Virus record (IMG/VR): IMGVR_UViG_3300022602_000268
Location: 1-33,814 of that record
Reading direction: 5' to 3' (one strand)
From: a virus
Taxonomy: Duplodnaviria > Caudoviricetes
Length of the DNA stretch: 33,814 bases
Part shown: piece after piece, positions 1 to 8,316 of the stretch
Position numbering within the stretch: the first letter of the stretch is position 1
Layout of the letters: every line of letters starts with the position of its first letter
Position numbers and translations under genes: made by a program
The notes under the pieces: generated by a model
Told to the model about the DNA's origin: nothing
Database searches by the model: none
What the model saw: the letters and a program-made list of their open reading frames with translations, nothing else

Positions 1-472
1 CATTCCACTCATCTAATGTAAATTCACAAAAGATGCCAATATCTGTGATGATTGATTTGTAATTTCTAATGACATACTTTCGATCAATACAAATATCAAT
101 AAATTTATCAGGCTTGGCTAACTCTGCACCACAATCGCAATCACCTTTAGGGTAAGCAGGTTCGTTATGAACGGCGCAGTCTGAATGATGCTCAGGTTTG
201 GCTAACTTGGCTGTTACATACTCATCCATCATCTTGCCAATGTCCGCCCAGTTATCAGCGTAACGCTCCATCAAATGCCAAGCTGTAGCACCATCAAGTT
301 TTGCCCAGTCTTGCATATTGTCCGGTACTGTTGGCTCTTGCTCAGGCTTGGCTAACTCTGCTTTTAACTCACGGGCAGCGGCGAGTGCTTCTATTACTTT
401 TGTTGTCGTTGGCTTTACGCACTCATCTAAAGCATCTTCAAGCGCATCAATAATTAAATCAATTTTGTTCAT
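1..472 (-). CDS. Hypothetical modular early protein, runs off the window (MNKIDLIIDALEDALDECVKP...), not in ORF track
   Basis: ATG at 472 overlaps the TAA of the upstream gene (469-471). Frame open to position 1. Contains three LAKP(E/D) linker repeats. Confidence 0.85.
   Translation of the reverse strand, partial: MNKIDLIIDALEDALDECVKPTTTKVIEALAAARELKAELAKPEQEPTVPDNMQDWAKLDGATAWHLMERYADNWADIGKMMDEYVTAKLAKPEHHSDCAVHNEPAYPKGDCDCGAELAKPDKFIDICIDRKYVIRNYKSIITDIGIFCEFTLDEWN
108..361. repeat. Dispersed 20-bp direct repeat TCAGGCTTGGCTAACTCTGC (108-127, 342-361; partial copy 192-207)
   Basis: Read directly. Encodes AELAKP(E/D) on the minus strand. Confidence 0.9.
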
Positions 473-684
473 AACAATCTCTCTTTAACAAAAGCTCGTG
501 CTGGGGTTACTTCACAATCAAGCATCGTCAATGCGCTGAGCGCCACTTCTTGCACTTCGCCGTGGCACTTTACTCTGAATATGCGAGCATCAAAATTTAT
601 ATCATTGCGCCCATCCATATACTCGACAGGCTTATTGCAGACATCACAGATAGGTAACTCAAATATTGGTTGGTCAATTTTCAT
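469..684 (-). CDS. Hypothetical protein with CxxC...CH, possible Zn ribbon
   Basis: ORF coupled to both neighbours. CDVC and CHG motifs. Confidence 0.75.
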   Translation of the reverse strand: MKIDQPIFELPICDVCNKPVEYMDGRNDINFDARIFRVKCHGEVQEVALSALTMLDCEVTPARAFVKERLL

Positions 685-946
685 CTACCACCTCCACATC
701 ACGCCATTCACCAGTAATCTGTGCGCCATACGCATCGTACTCAGCCCAAAATTGCTGGAGTATGCGAACTGGTTTGGCAATCGCTATCATTTTTACGGGA
801 TCATTTTCAATCATTTCTACACGCTTAACAAAGCGCAGTTTATTTGTTGGTGTCATTGTTGGTGTCATTATTGCTCCATCTTTTGGATAACATATTTTGC
901 ATAGATCAAGCGACCAGCCATGTTTGCATTTTCCAATGTAAGCCAT
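674..946 (-). CDS. Hypothetical phage protein
   Basis: TAATG coupling with the upstream gene. Phage-like composition. Confidence 0.75.
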   Translation of the reverse strand: MAYIGKCKHGWSLDLCKICYPKDGAIMTPTMTPTNKLRFVKRVEMIENDPVKMIAIAKPVRILQQFWAEYDAYGAQITGEWRDVEVVDEN

Positions 947-1359
947 TATGTTCTCCTTGCTCTGATTGCTTTAGCCAACGTGTCACCCGCATATTCAACG
1001 CTGTCTTCACACAACGCCGCACACGCTTCACGTTCTTTTAGTACCGCTTGCTCCACCGCATCACGCATGATGCCAAGGTAATGTTCTGCACATTTTTTTG
1101 CTTCGTCTTGCCTGATTAAGTCTGCAAAGTTTTCTGTGTGTTCATCTTTCACTTCCTTTTTACTGTAGTCGCCCGCAAGTTCTATTAACTGAATCATATC
1201 CTCATGCCAAATCCTGCCAGCCCATTGTTTACCCTCTTTGTAGAAAAGAATATCTTGTAGGTGTGTTCCATTCGTTGAGTAGATAGGTATAGCTATGTAC
1301 TTGCAATCATTGTCGTGCCAAGCTAGCTTTGCTTGTTTGATTAGTTCTTGTTCAGTCAT
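946..1359 (-). CDS. Hypothetical phage protein with C-terminal EREACA module
   Basis: GGAG SD, 8-nt overlap with the upstream gene. Confidence 0.8.
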   Translation of the reverse strand: MTEQELIKQAKLAWHDNDCKYIAIPIYSTNGTHLQDILFYKEGKQWAGRIWHEDMIQLIELAGDYSKKEVKDEHTENFADLIRQDEAKKCAEHYLGIMRDAVEQAVLKEREACAALCEDSVEYAGDTLAKAIRARRT

Positions 1360-1612
1360 TTATTACTCCCATACTTTTCGTTAAGTACAGCCCATTGCGT
1401 CTGGTTGATTGACCACCCCTTGCTCTGATTTGTTCTGCAAGTCTTGCGGCTTTAGCCTCATCACACAAATTCGCACAAGCCTCACGTTCATCAGCACGAA
1501 TTAACTCGGCAAAGCGTTCAAGTTCTTCGTCATCAGCCAGCCATAATCCTGATAAAGCAAACTCTCTGCAAAACCCAGCCTGTTCAGCAAGTTCTTTGAT
1601 TCGTTCGTTCAT
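1352..1612 (-). CDS. Hypothetical phage protein (MNERIKELAEQAG...EREACA module)
   Basis: ATGA overlap. Shares modules with 946..1359. Confidence 0.8.
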   Translation of the reverse strand: MNERIKELAEQAGFCREFALSGLWLADDEELERFAELIRADEREACANLCDEAKAARLAEQIRARGGQSTRRNGLYLTKSMGVIND

Positions 1613-1767
1613 TTATTTGATTCCTCAATTGGTTTCATGGATTCTTGCAAATGCTCATTCATTTTCCTGTTATGTTCAAGCAATGCCTCAAGATCATCAA
1701 TGGTATACCAACCCTCTTCTAGCCAGAATTTAGCTGTTCCGTACATTTGGTATTTAAGTTCTTTCAT
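1609..1767 (-). CDS. 52-aa hypothetical protein (MKELKYQMYGTAKFWLEEGWY...), not in ORF track
   Basis: Exactly fills the gap, with ATGA overlaps at both ends. Confidence 0.8.
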   Translation of the reverse strand: MKELKYQMYGTAKFWLEEGWYTIDDLEALLEHNRKMNEHLQESMKPIEESNK

Positions 1768-2063
1768 TTTGCATCCCTCGCTTGTTGCGCTTCCCAGTTA
1801 AGTCGTGTGCGGTTGTTTTTCGGCAGTAAGTCATATCGGTTTGGTTCGATCAGGGTTAGTTGGTGCGTGTGATACCAAGCTGAAGTACCTTGTTTAGGCA
1901 AAATATAAAGCTGATAATCATCCACTTTGTTATCGTCATGGCACAACTCAGCATAGGTACCAATAACAATAGCCTTGCATCCTTTTTCAAAGTGACTCAT
2001 TGTCTTGCCAAGATCGTCGGCTATCTGAACCAAATCACCTCTGAAAAACTTTTGCTCTTTCAT
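1764..2063 (-). CDS. Hypothetical protein, possibly SH3/KOW-like beta fold (start revised to MKEQKFFRGDLV)
   Basis: AAGGA SD before ATG 2063, ATGA overlap. FxxGDxV pattern. Confidence 0.75.
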   Translation of the reverse strand: MKEQKFFRGDLVQIADDLGKTMSHFEKGCKAIVIGTYAELCHDDNKVDDYQLYILPKQGTSAWYHTHQLTLIEPNRYDLLPKNNRTRLNWEAQQARDAK

Positions 2064-2170
2064 TGCATTTCCTTTATAGCTTTTCCTATTAGCACCAACC
2101 CAAACGCTATCCACCAACCCCCATGCGCATCAAAGTGCGCTAACACAAACGCTGTTAATAAACTAATCAT
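2060..2170 (-). CDS. 36-aa hydrophobic microprotein MISLLTAFVLAHFDAHGGWWIAFGLVLIGKAIKEMQ, not in ORF track
   Basis: ATGA overlaps at both ends. Hydrophobic segments. Confidence 0.7.
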   Translation of the reverse strand: MISLLTAFVLAHFDAHGGWWIAFGLVLIGKAIKEMQ

Positions 2171-3054
2171 TCCGCTTCTCCTGATACTATAAATGTTGTA
2201 TCGTCATGGCGATACCCGTTACCTTCAACAAACGTACCATCTGCTACTAACTTCAGTATGCCTAACCTACGTCTAACAATCTCTGGTAAAGCATCGGCAT
2301 CCCATATAGACAGCACACCGTCTTTCTTAATCAGATACTTAGAGTCTTTAATGACAATGTTATAGGAAGAGTTCTCGGCTTCCTCAATTGAAAGCACTAG
2401 CTTTACCATCTTGTTTAGCGTTGCTTCCTTTTCGGGAATAACTTTCATCTCTTCCCTAGTTCGATCATCCAACGTCAACATAAACTCATCCCATTTAGTC
2501 CTAATGAATTTCTGTATGTGTGGGGCGTTTTCCCATGCGTAACGTACTTCTCTTCCCTCCGCATTACGTATAACAACAAGGCCGTTCAAACCTATTTCCA
2601 TACGCTTCTCAAAGAATTCAGTTTCGTTAAGTGGTGAAAAGTTCTTCTCTACATTCTTAATAGCTGCATCTAGCTTAGTAGTCTTAAGAGAATCACCTCG
2701 CTGCAACTTATCCCTTATGCGCCCATTAGTTACACAAAAAGAATTCATGCCGCCATTGCGCCCATAGTTGCGCTGAATCCAGAACCTACCTAACTTCTCA
2801 CGGTTCAAGAACACTTCAAAACCAGTAGCGTATATACAATTAACTGGATGATCTGCTACGTTTATACGAAACGCCTCGAATTTCCAATCTGGATACTTAA
2901 TTGCTAGCTTCTCAACCATAGGGTGTATTTCGATATGTGCGCCACCGAATGTATATTCAGACACATCAGCAGACCTGTCCCTCGCATACTCTTGTAATAC
3001 TTTCTCGCCCGATACGTTAGGCAAGTTAATAGGTGCTATGTTTGGTGTAATCAT
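2167..3054 (-). CDS. Hypothetical phage protein (295 aa)
   Basis: Long ORF, ATGA-coupled. No recognised motif. Confidence 0.9.
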   Translation of the reverse strand: MITPNIAPINLPNVSGEKVLQEYARDRSADVSEYTFGGAHIEIHPMVEKLAIKYPDWKFEAFRINVADHPVNCIYATGFEVFLNREKLGRFWIQRNYGRNGGMNSFCVTNGRIRDKLQRGDSLKTTKLDAAIKNVEKNFSPLNETEFFEKRMEIGLNGLVVIRNAEGREVRYAWENAPHIQKFIRTKWDEFMLTLDDRTREEMKVIPEKEATLNKMVKLVLSIEEAENSSYNIVIKDSKYLIKKDGVLSIWDADALPEIVRRRLGILKLVADGTFVEGNGYRHDDTTFIVSGEAE

Positions 3055-3206
3055 TTCACTTCCCCCTGCTTGTCAACCCATGCTTGCGCTCTAGCAATCT
3101 TTCCCGTCACCCCATACAACTCAACGTACTCCTCATCAGGGTATAGGTCATAGATAAGCCCAACCAAATCGTGAAGAATACTTACTGCTTCATCAATGTT
3201 GTTCAT
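3051..3206 (-). CDS. 51-aa hypothetical protein (MNNIDEAVSILHDLVGLIYDLY...), not in ORF track
   Basis: AAGGAG SD upstream. ATGA overlap with the next gene. Confidence 0.8.
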   Translation of the reverse strand: MNNIDEAVSILHDLVGLIYDLYPDEEYVELYGVTGKIARAQAWVDKQGEVK

Positions 3207-3216
3207 TTACTTCTCC

Positions 3217-4068
3217 TTACCAGTCAAATTTTCCGAGGATTTCATCAATCTTAGTTTTCATGTCATGGCGCACCAAGGCATCTTCTTTAATCACCTCAAT
3301 GTCTGCACCTAACATAGTTATTTCTAAGGCTCTTCGTGCTTCTTCCAACTTAGGGTCTTTAGTTACGTTGAGGTTAGTAAGCAAGCCGCACATCTGCGTA
3401 GCGTTAGTGACAAACGTATCATGCCACCTCTTTTTCTCCTCGCCCTCCGCTGATGATAGTTTCTCGCTCATCCCACGCAAAAGATTATGCAAGTCATCCC
3501 AAGGCTTACGCATTGCATCCGCTAACCGATTGTTGAAGTCTGACTCGTACTGCATCTTCATTTCTTCTAAGTCCTGCTGTGGTACATCTAAGCGAAAGTC
3601 ACCAGCTTCGGGTAACGGGCTAAACACCAACCGGAACCCAAACTTACTTTGCAACTCATCAACCGATGGGTAGTCCTCCTCGTTGAACAGATCACCCATA
3701 TACACCTGTGCTGTCTGCTTCAGGTTGTCGTAGTTGTCGTAGAGCCGTTGCGTTAATGTGTTGAAGTACGCTTGCTTAACATTCATTTGCTGCTTGTACT
3801 CCATGAACAACGATGTAGGTAACATGCGCCCACCTCGATCAGCCCAAGGCAATGTAACTTTGTTATGGTAAGCCCGACATGCTGCTGCAAAGTCACTAAT
3901 CTCTTTGCGTAATGACGTACCCGCTAACAGATTCTTACGGAACGAACCCGAATCACTCGATGCCTTGTTATCGCTAATCACCGCTTTGGTTGCATCCTTG
4001 TCTAACTTTGCTGCTGTCCATACGCTGATGTTCAACTCTACTAGCATTGCGCTTGATGAAATACTCAT
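3217..4068 (-). CDS. DUF3150-like helical protein
   Basis: GGGAG SD. N-terminal LVELNISVW..KL and PW...G.RMLP pattern recalled from DUF3150-like proteins that accompany AAA/VWA pairs. Family call unverified. Confidence 0.55.
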   Translation of the reverse strand: MSISSSAMLVELNISVWTAAKLDKDATKAVISDNKASSDSGSFRKNLLAGTSLRKEISDFAAACRAYHNKVTLPWADRGGRMLPTSLFMEYKQQMNVKQAYFNTLTQRLYDNYDNLKQTAQVYMGDLFNEEDYPSVDELQSKFGFRLVFSPLPEAGDFRLDVPQQDLEEMKMQYESDFNNRLADAMRKPWDDLHNLLRGMSEKLSSAEGEEKKRWHDTFVTNATQMCGLLTNLNVTKDPKLEEARRALEITMLGADIEVIKEDALVRHDMKTKIDEILGKFDW

Positions 4069-4096
4069 GGTAAAACTCCCTGTGGTTAAAATAAAA

Positions 4097-4279
4097 CTAC
4101 TTTGTTACTCGCAATAACCGTTCTTGCATGTATTTGTACACTTCCATCTCATCTATACCAAATACACCTGTGTTATGAACACGACCTTTTTCCCACTCCT
4201 TATATAAAACTGTGTAAAACCTAAGCCCTTCGCTAGTAGGGGGGCTAGTCCCTTCTGTAATACTTATTATTTCCATCAT
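4097..4279 (-). CDS. Hypothetical protein
   Basis: ATGA overlap with the upstream gene. Confidence 0.7.
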   Translation of the reverse strand: MMEIISITEGTSPPTSEGLRFYTVLYKEWEKGRVHNTGVFGIDEMEVYKYMQERLLRVTK

Positions 4280-4530
4280 TCATCCTGCGGTTTACCTGCT
4301 AACTTAGCCAACCGATACAACTCATCCGGTATTAACTTAACTGTAAGATGTGCCATATCAGAGTTATCTTGTGGGTATGCGTGGAGCGTTTCGTGTGTGT
4401 TACCTCCATCGTCTTTGTTGTACTTAGCCTTGTATATCTCAGCAGTACTAAGTATCTCTGCCATAGCACAAGCATCCTTAAAGTCCATTATGTATTCTCT
4501 ATACCCAATACTTACGATTGCCTTAGCCAT
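4276..4530 (-). CDS. Hypothetical protein (start revised to MAKAIVSIGY)
   Basis: GGAGG SD before ATG 4530. Confidence 0.8.
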   Translation of the reverse strand: MAKAIVSIGYREYIMDFKDACAMAEILSTAEIYKAKYNKDDGGNTHETLHAYPQDNSDMAHLTVKLIPDELYRLAKLAGKPQDE

Positions 4531-4684
4531 AACGTGCCTCCAGTTTCTCAATCATTAACTCAACAGCTTTGCGCCACCCTTCAGTAAACGCAAAGTACGC
4601 ATCATGTTTATCTTTCAAAGTCAAACCATGCTCATACCAGAATTCTTGGAATTGCACATCCCATATATCTAGTTTCTTATCCAT
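4523..4684 (-). CDS. Hypothetical protein (start revised to MDKKLDIWD)
   Basis: AAGGA SD. ATG one base after the stop of the VWA gene. Confidence 0.7.
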   Translation of the reverse strand: MDKKLDIWDVQFQEFWYEHGLTLKDKHDAYFAFTEGWRKAVELMIEKLEARYG

Positions 4685-4685
4685 G

Positions 4686-5885
4686 TCAGTCCTTAACGTG
4701 AATAGTTTTGCCAATCGGTGCAACTACGGTATTACCACCAACGATTGCCCATAAGACGGGGACACCTTGCCAATCATCCTCAGTACCCCAATCGCTAATG
4801 TAACCATCTGTGAGAATGATGACGCATTCGGGTTTAATCGCTTGCGCCTTGAGATATTCAGCCATACAACGAGGGTCAGTACCACCACCGCCACGCATCT
4901 TGCCTGCTTCGATACTGGTTACTGCGTTACCCTCATACACTTCATGCTTCTCAACTGATGAATCCCAATCGATCATGTCGATCTTCTCAGGGCTAACCTC
5001 GGATGCAATACCCTTAGTCTCTGCCGCTGCCGCTGCTAACTCACCGCTGCCCATGCTTCCAGACGTATCTCTGCCGATAGCAATATGTCCAACCTTTTCC
5101 CCAATCATCGTAGGCATATATACGTCGCCTGATAAAAATCGTCTGTTCACTCGTCGCCATGATGAAGCATCCTTGTTATTACATACAGCCTTGACAAACT
5201 CCCGTAACTGCTCACGCCAATCTACTTGAGGTTCAAGCATCTCCTCAACTTCATGGTTAATGTTGCCGTTACCCTTACCGATACGCTTGTTAGCAATAAG
5301 CCCAGAGCGCAGCGCATTGTCCACCTCACGCTCTAACTCACGCTTCTCATCCTCGGATAACTCGGCTGCACCCTCCCAGTCATGCTCATCAAAGCCTTCA
5401 CCACCTTCGCCTTCACCGCCGCCACCACCTTCACGTTGCTCTTTCTTTAGTATGTCGAACACTTGCTTAGCGTTCATACCTCGGAACCGTTCATCAACCA
5501 AGCCATACACCTTGCCGTCCTTCATTGGCATAGCAATTACTTTCTCGTGTGGGTCTAGGTCTTTGAGTTGCAAGTTAATAACATAGTCACATGCAGCGTT
5601 GGCTAAGAGGCGGTTCTCATCGCTAAGCTTCTTCCATGTAGTCAAGTGTCGGTAAGCCTTGTGCATATTCTCATGCAGTACAACGAACGCTAGCTCTTTG
5701 TCATCAAGCTCGTCAATAAACTTGCGCCCATACCACTCGTCCCTACCATTAGTCGCTGCGCTAACAAAGTTATCATCCACACGAGTCTTGCCGACCATCA
5801 TAATGCCCGACCACAATGCAAACTCAGGGTTACGCATCAATGTAATCTTGATCTTTTTCAATCTGCGTTCTTGCTTGTCGTTCAT
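4686..5885 (-). CDS. Putative metallopeptidase + VWA-like domain protein (DUF2201-type)
   Basis: HExxH (VLHENMH), Gly/Glu-rich linker, MIDAS DTSGS, GGGT and LTDG motifs. GAGGAG SD before ATG 5885. Confidence 0.88.
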   Translation of the reverse strand: MNDKQERRLKKIKITLMRNPEFALWSGIMMVGKTRVDDNFVSAATNGRDEWYGRKFIDELDDKELAFVVLHENMHKAYRHLTTWKKLSDENRLLANAACDYVINLQLKDLDPHEKVIAMPMKDGKVYGLVDERFRGMNAKQVFDILKKEQREGGGGGEGEGGEGFDEHDWEGAAELSEDEKRELEREVDNALRSGLIANKRIGKGNGNINHEVEEMLEPQVDWREQLREFVKAVCNNKDASSWRRVNRRFLSGDVYMPTMIGEKVGHIAIGRDTSGSMGSGELAAAAAETKGIASEVSPEKIDMIDWDSSVEKHEVYEGNAVTSIEAGKMRGGGGTDPRCMAEYLKAQAIKPECVIILTDGYISDWGTEDDWQGVPVLWAIVGGNTVVAPIGKTIHVKD

Positions 5886-5886
5886 C

Positions 5887-6075
5887 TCAGAACTCCTCAA
5901 AAGTAATACGTGTTTCACTTACCTTAACGAACTTACCCTTACCATCTAAGAACATATCAATCGTATTAAACGTGCTGTCCCTAAAGTTTACGAATCTAAC
6001 AACTGTTATTCTCCATAGGTACGTCATCACTAGCGCCCATACCAGTAGAAACCACTCCGCTATCGTCATGTCCAT
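5887..6075 (-). CDS. Small membrane protein
   Basis: N-terminal hydrophobic helix WFLLVWALVMTYLW. Confidence 0.7.
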   Translation of the reverse strand: MDMTIAEWFLLVWALVMTYLWRITVVRFVNFRDSTFNTIDMFLDGKGKFVKVSETRITFEEF

Positions 6076-6244
6076 TATGTCTTTCCATAAATTGTTGGTG
6101 TTTCTTGAATGCGTCTAACTCGTCCACAGCAGAGTAGAAGTTAGCGTTAGCAACAAGGGCTTTTTTATTCCCTGCATCTTTAACCTCCCACCACTCCACT
6201 ATGAACAACGCCCCATACTTGCGTATCTTTAAGTCCTCGATCAT
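5996..6244 (-). CDS. Hypothetical protein
   Basis: ATGA overlap with the ATPase stop. Its C-terminus overlaps the next gene by 80 nt. Confidence 0.65.
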   Translation of the reverse strand: MIEDLKIRKYGALFIVEWWEVKDAGNKKALVANANFYSAVDELDAFKKHQQFMERHNGHDDSGVVSTGMGASDDVPMENNSC

Positions 6245-7308
6245 AGTAAGTCTTGGTTCTTAGCAACCCAGTCACTAAACCGCTTGCTACTAAACGCCAC
6301 TTGCTGCTTGCTTGAAGTCTTAGCGATATTGATAGCGAAACATGCTTGCCACTCTGGTTCGAACCGCTCGAGATACTGCATAAACTTATCCATCGATTCT
6401 TTAGTCACCTTAGCGATTGCACCGAATACCATAATTGCACATGCACCGGCTGACGTAGGTATAAGCGCATTGTTAGGGTCACTCGTAACCGCCTCCCACG
6501 TAGGTAACTGATCTGAATACTCGATGTACGCTTGCATATCTCTGGCTGCTGCCTCGCCAACTGCGCCTGTAAGAGCATTGATGATAGTATCCGCATCTAA
6601 TTTGCCACGCTTCTTAACAATGTTAGATGCAGTCTCCAACGAGCGAGGCGATACATACGCTTGCTGTACTTTCTTAGGGTTAAAGATGTAAGGGTTATCA
6701 CCTGATGCTGCGTCCATGTAACTCGCCATTGCGTGAGGGAACTGCTTAACCCATGCACATACTTCGGGTGCTACCTCATGCTCGATAGCCCAACCAATCC
6801 ACTCATCTGCGCTAGGCTTGCGTACTGTTACTGGCACAACACGATTAAGAGTATGTGCTTTCATGTTGTCACCCACACCGTCACCGGACATATTGCCCGT
6901 CATAAAAACAATGTTATCTGGGCTGCAAGCAATGTCACCCAAGCGAGGGTTAGCCTTCTCCAATAGCGGATGCAACATATTAACTACAGGCTGTGCGCCT
7001 TTGGTAAACTCGTCAAGCATAATAATGACTGGCTTGCCCGTGTGCATCTTGAATCTGCGGTTCGGGTAGTATGCGGTTGTCTTGCTCTCATGGTCAATCA
7101 CAGGCATAGCAATGTCACCCAAGTCCATATTAGGTACATCGATATACGCAATCTCATGGTCAGGAAACATTGCACCTAACTGCTTAAGTAGAGATGATTT
7201 GCCAATGCCCGGCTCGCCTCGTAATAGATAGCGATTCTCAGGGGTTGCTGCGATTAACTGCGCTGCTTGTTGCAGGGTTACGGTCTTACCAAAGTCGATG
7301 TTAGCCAT
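6241..7308 (-). CDS. MoxR-like AAA+ ATPase
   Basis: Walker A GEPGIGKS, Walker B IIMLDE, sensor-1 TGN, Arg finger LNR, SPRS sensor-2. AAGGA SD. Close to a VWA gene. Confidence 0.9.
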   Translation of the reverse strand: MANIDFGKTVTLQQAAQLIAATPENRYLLRGEPGIGKSSLLKQLGAMFPDHEIAYIDVPNMDLGDIAMPVIDHESKTTAYYPNRRFKMHTGKPVIIMLDEFTKGAQPVVNMLHPLLEKANPRLGDIACSPDNIVFMTGNMSGDGVGDNMKAHTLNRVVPVTVRKPSADEWIGWAIEHEVAPEVCAWVKQFPHAMASYMDAASGDNPYIFNPKKVQQAYVSPRSLETASNIVKKRGKLDADTIINALTGAVGEAAARDMQAYIEYSDQLPTWEAVTSDPNNALIPTSAGACAIMVFGAIAKVTKESMDKFMQYLERFEPEWQACFAINIAKTSSKQQVAFSSKRFSDWVAKNQDLL

Positions 7309-7370
7309 TGCTTTTCCTTTTGTTTACATTGTCAAATACTACATTAAAAAAATATTTACTGCAAGCACTA

Positions 7371-8240
7371 CTAAAACAGATACGAATACTTATTCTTGCG
7401 TACCATACCATCGGGTAACTCTACCTTCTTAATCACTTCATCCCTATGCTTAGCTAAGATAAACGAGTCCAACATATCAGCAATATCTTTACTCAGAATT
7501 TTCCACGTACCAGTAGAGGTATACGTAAAGACAAACGCCTTGTACTGCTCTCCCTCGTTGAACCACTTAACCATTAAGTTTATGCACTCAGGGCTAGTGA
7601 CTGATACTATAGGTAAATTAAGTTTTTTATAGGTAGTCCCATCTTCTCCGTACTTATAATCCACTTCACCGAATAACTCTACCTTCTCCTCATAAGTTAT
7701 TACTCCGTTCTCCCGCAGCTTAGCCATGCCGATAACGTAGTCACGTATCTCTGCGTATTTCTGTTTGGCTTGCTTAAACTCTTTGCGCCTAATGTGATAT
7801 GTATAAGACTTGGGTATCTCCACCGCCTCCCAGTACCCAGACTCATTGCGCTTAAGTTTGAACGGCTCGTCTGCACTTATCTTAAACTGCTTATCCCTGA
7901 TGCACAGCACGATGCGCCCATCGAACACCCTTGCACCCACACCACGCAACACCTCGCCTATGAATGCACACGTACTGGTGCTTACCCAACCTTGATACAC
8001 GGATACCATATTGTCAGGATGAAACGTAACTACTGGTTTACTACCATATAAGCATTGGATGTCATTGTTATCTGCTTTGAATATCTTGTAGCTATCTACA
8101 CTCCTACGATGTCCAAGCGGACGCACATTATCTCTACCCCTGATAGGCACAGTAGTATCGTACTGCTCAAGGGCTTGCTCATAACTATTGATAAGCCTAA
8201 TGCCGCTATTCCTATATGCCGTGCCGTAACCGAATCCCAT
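7371..8240 (-). CDS. Hypothetical phage protein (289 aa)
   Basis: Long ORF with AGGAG SD. Confidence 0.9.
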   Translation of the reverse strand: MGFGYGTAYRNSGIRLINSYEQALEQYDTTVPIRGRDNVRPLGHRRSVDSYKIFKADNNDIQCLYGSKPVVTFHPDNMVSVYQGWVSTSTCAFIGEVLRGVGARVFDGRIVLCIRDKQFKISADEPFKLKRNESGYWEAVEIPKSYTYHIRRKEFKQAKQKYAEIRDYVIGMAKLRENGVITYEEKVELFGEVDYKYGEDGTTYKKLNLPIVSVTSPECINLMVKWFNEGEQYKAFVFTYTSTGTWKILSKDIADMLDSFILAKHRDEVIKKVELPDGMVRKNKYSYLF

Positions 8241-8241
8241 G

Positions 8242-8316
8242 TCAATCTCCTATGATTTCAAGTACTGCCCAGATACCGCATAACAAACCTACAAATATAA
8301 TCGCTGCGTCAATCAT
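8242..8316 (-). CDS. 24-aa single-TM microprotein MIDAAIIFVGLLCGIWAVLEIIGD, not in ORF track
   Basis: ATGA overlap upstream. Stop is one base before the next ATG. Fully hydrophobic core. Confidence 0.6.
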   Translation of the reverse strand: MIDAAIIFVGLLCGIWAVLEIIGD

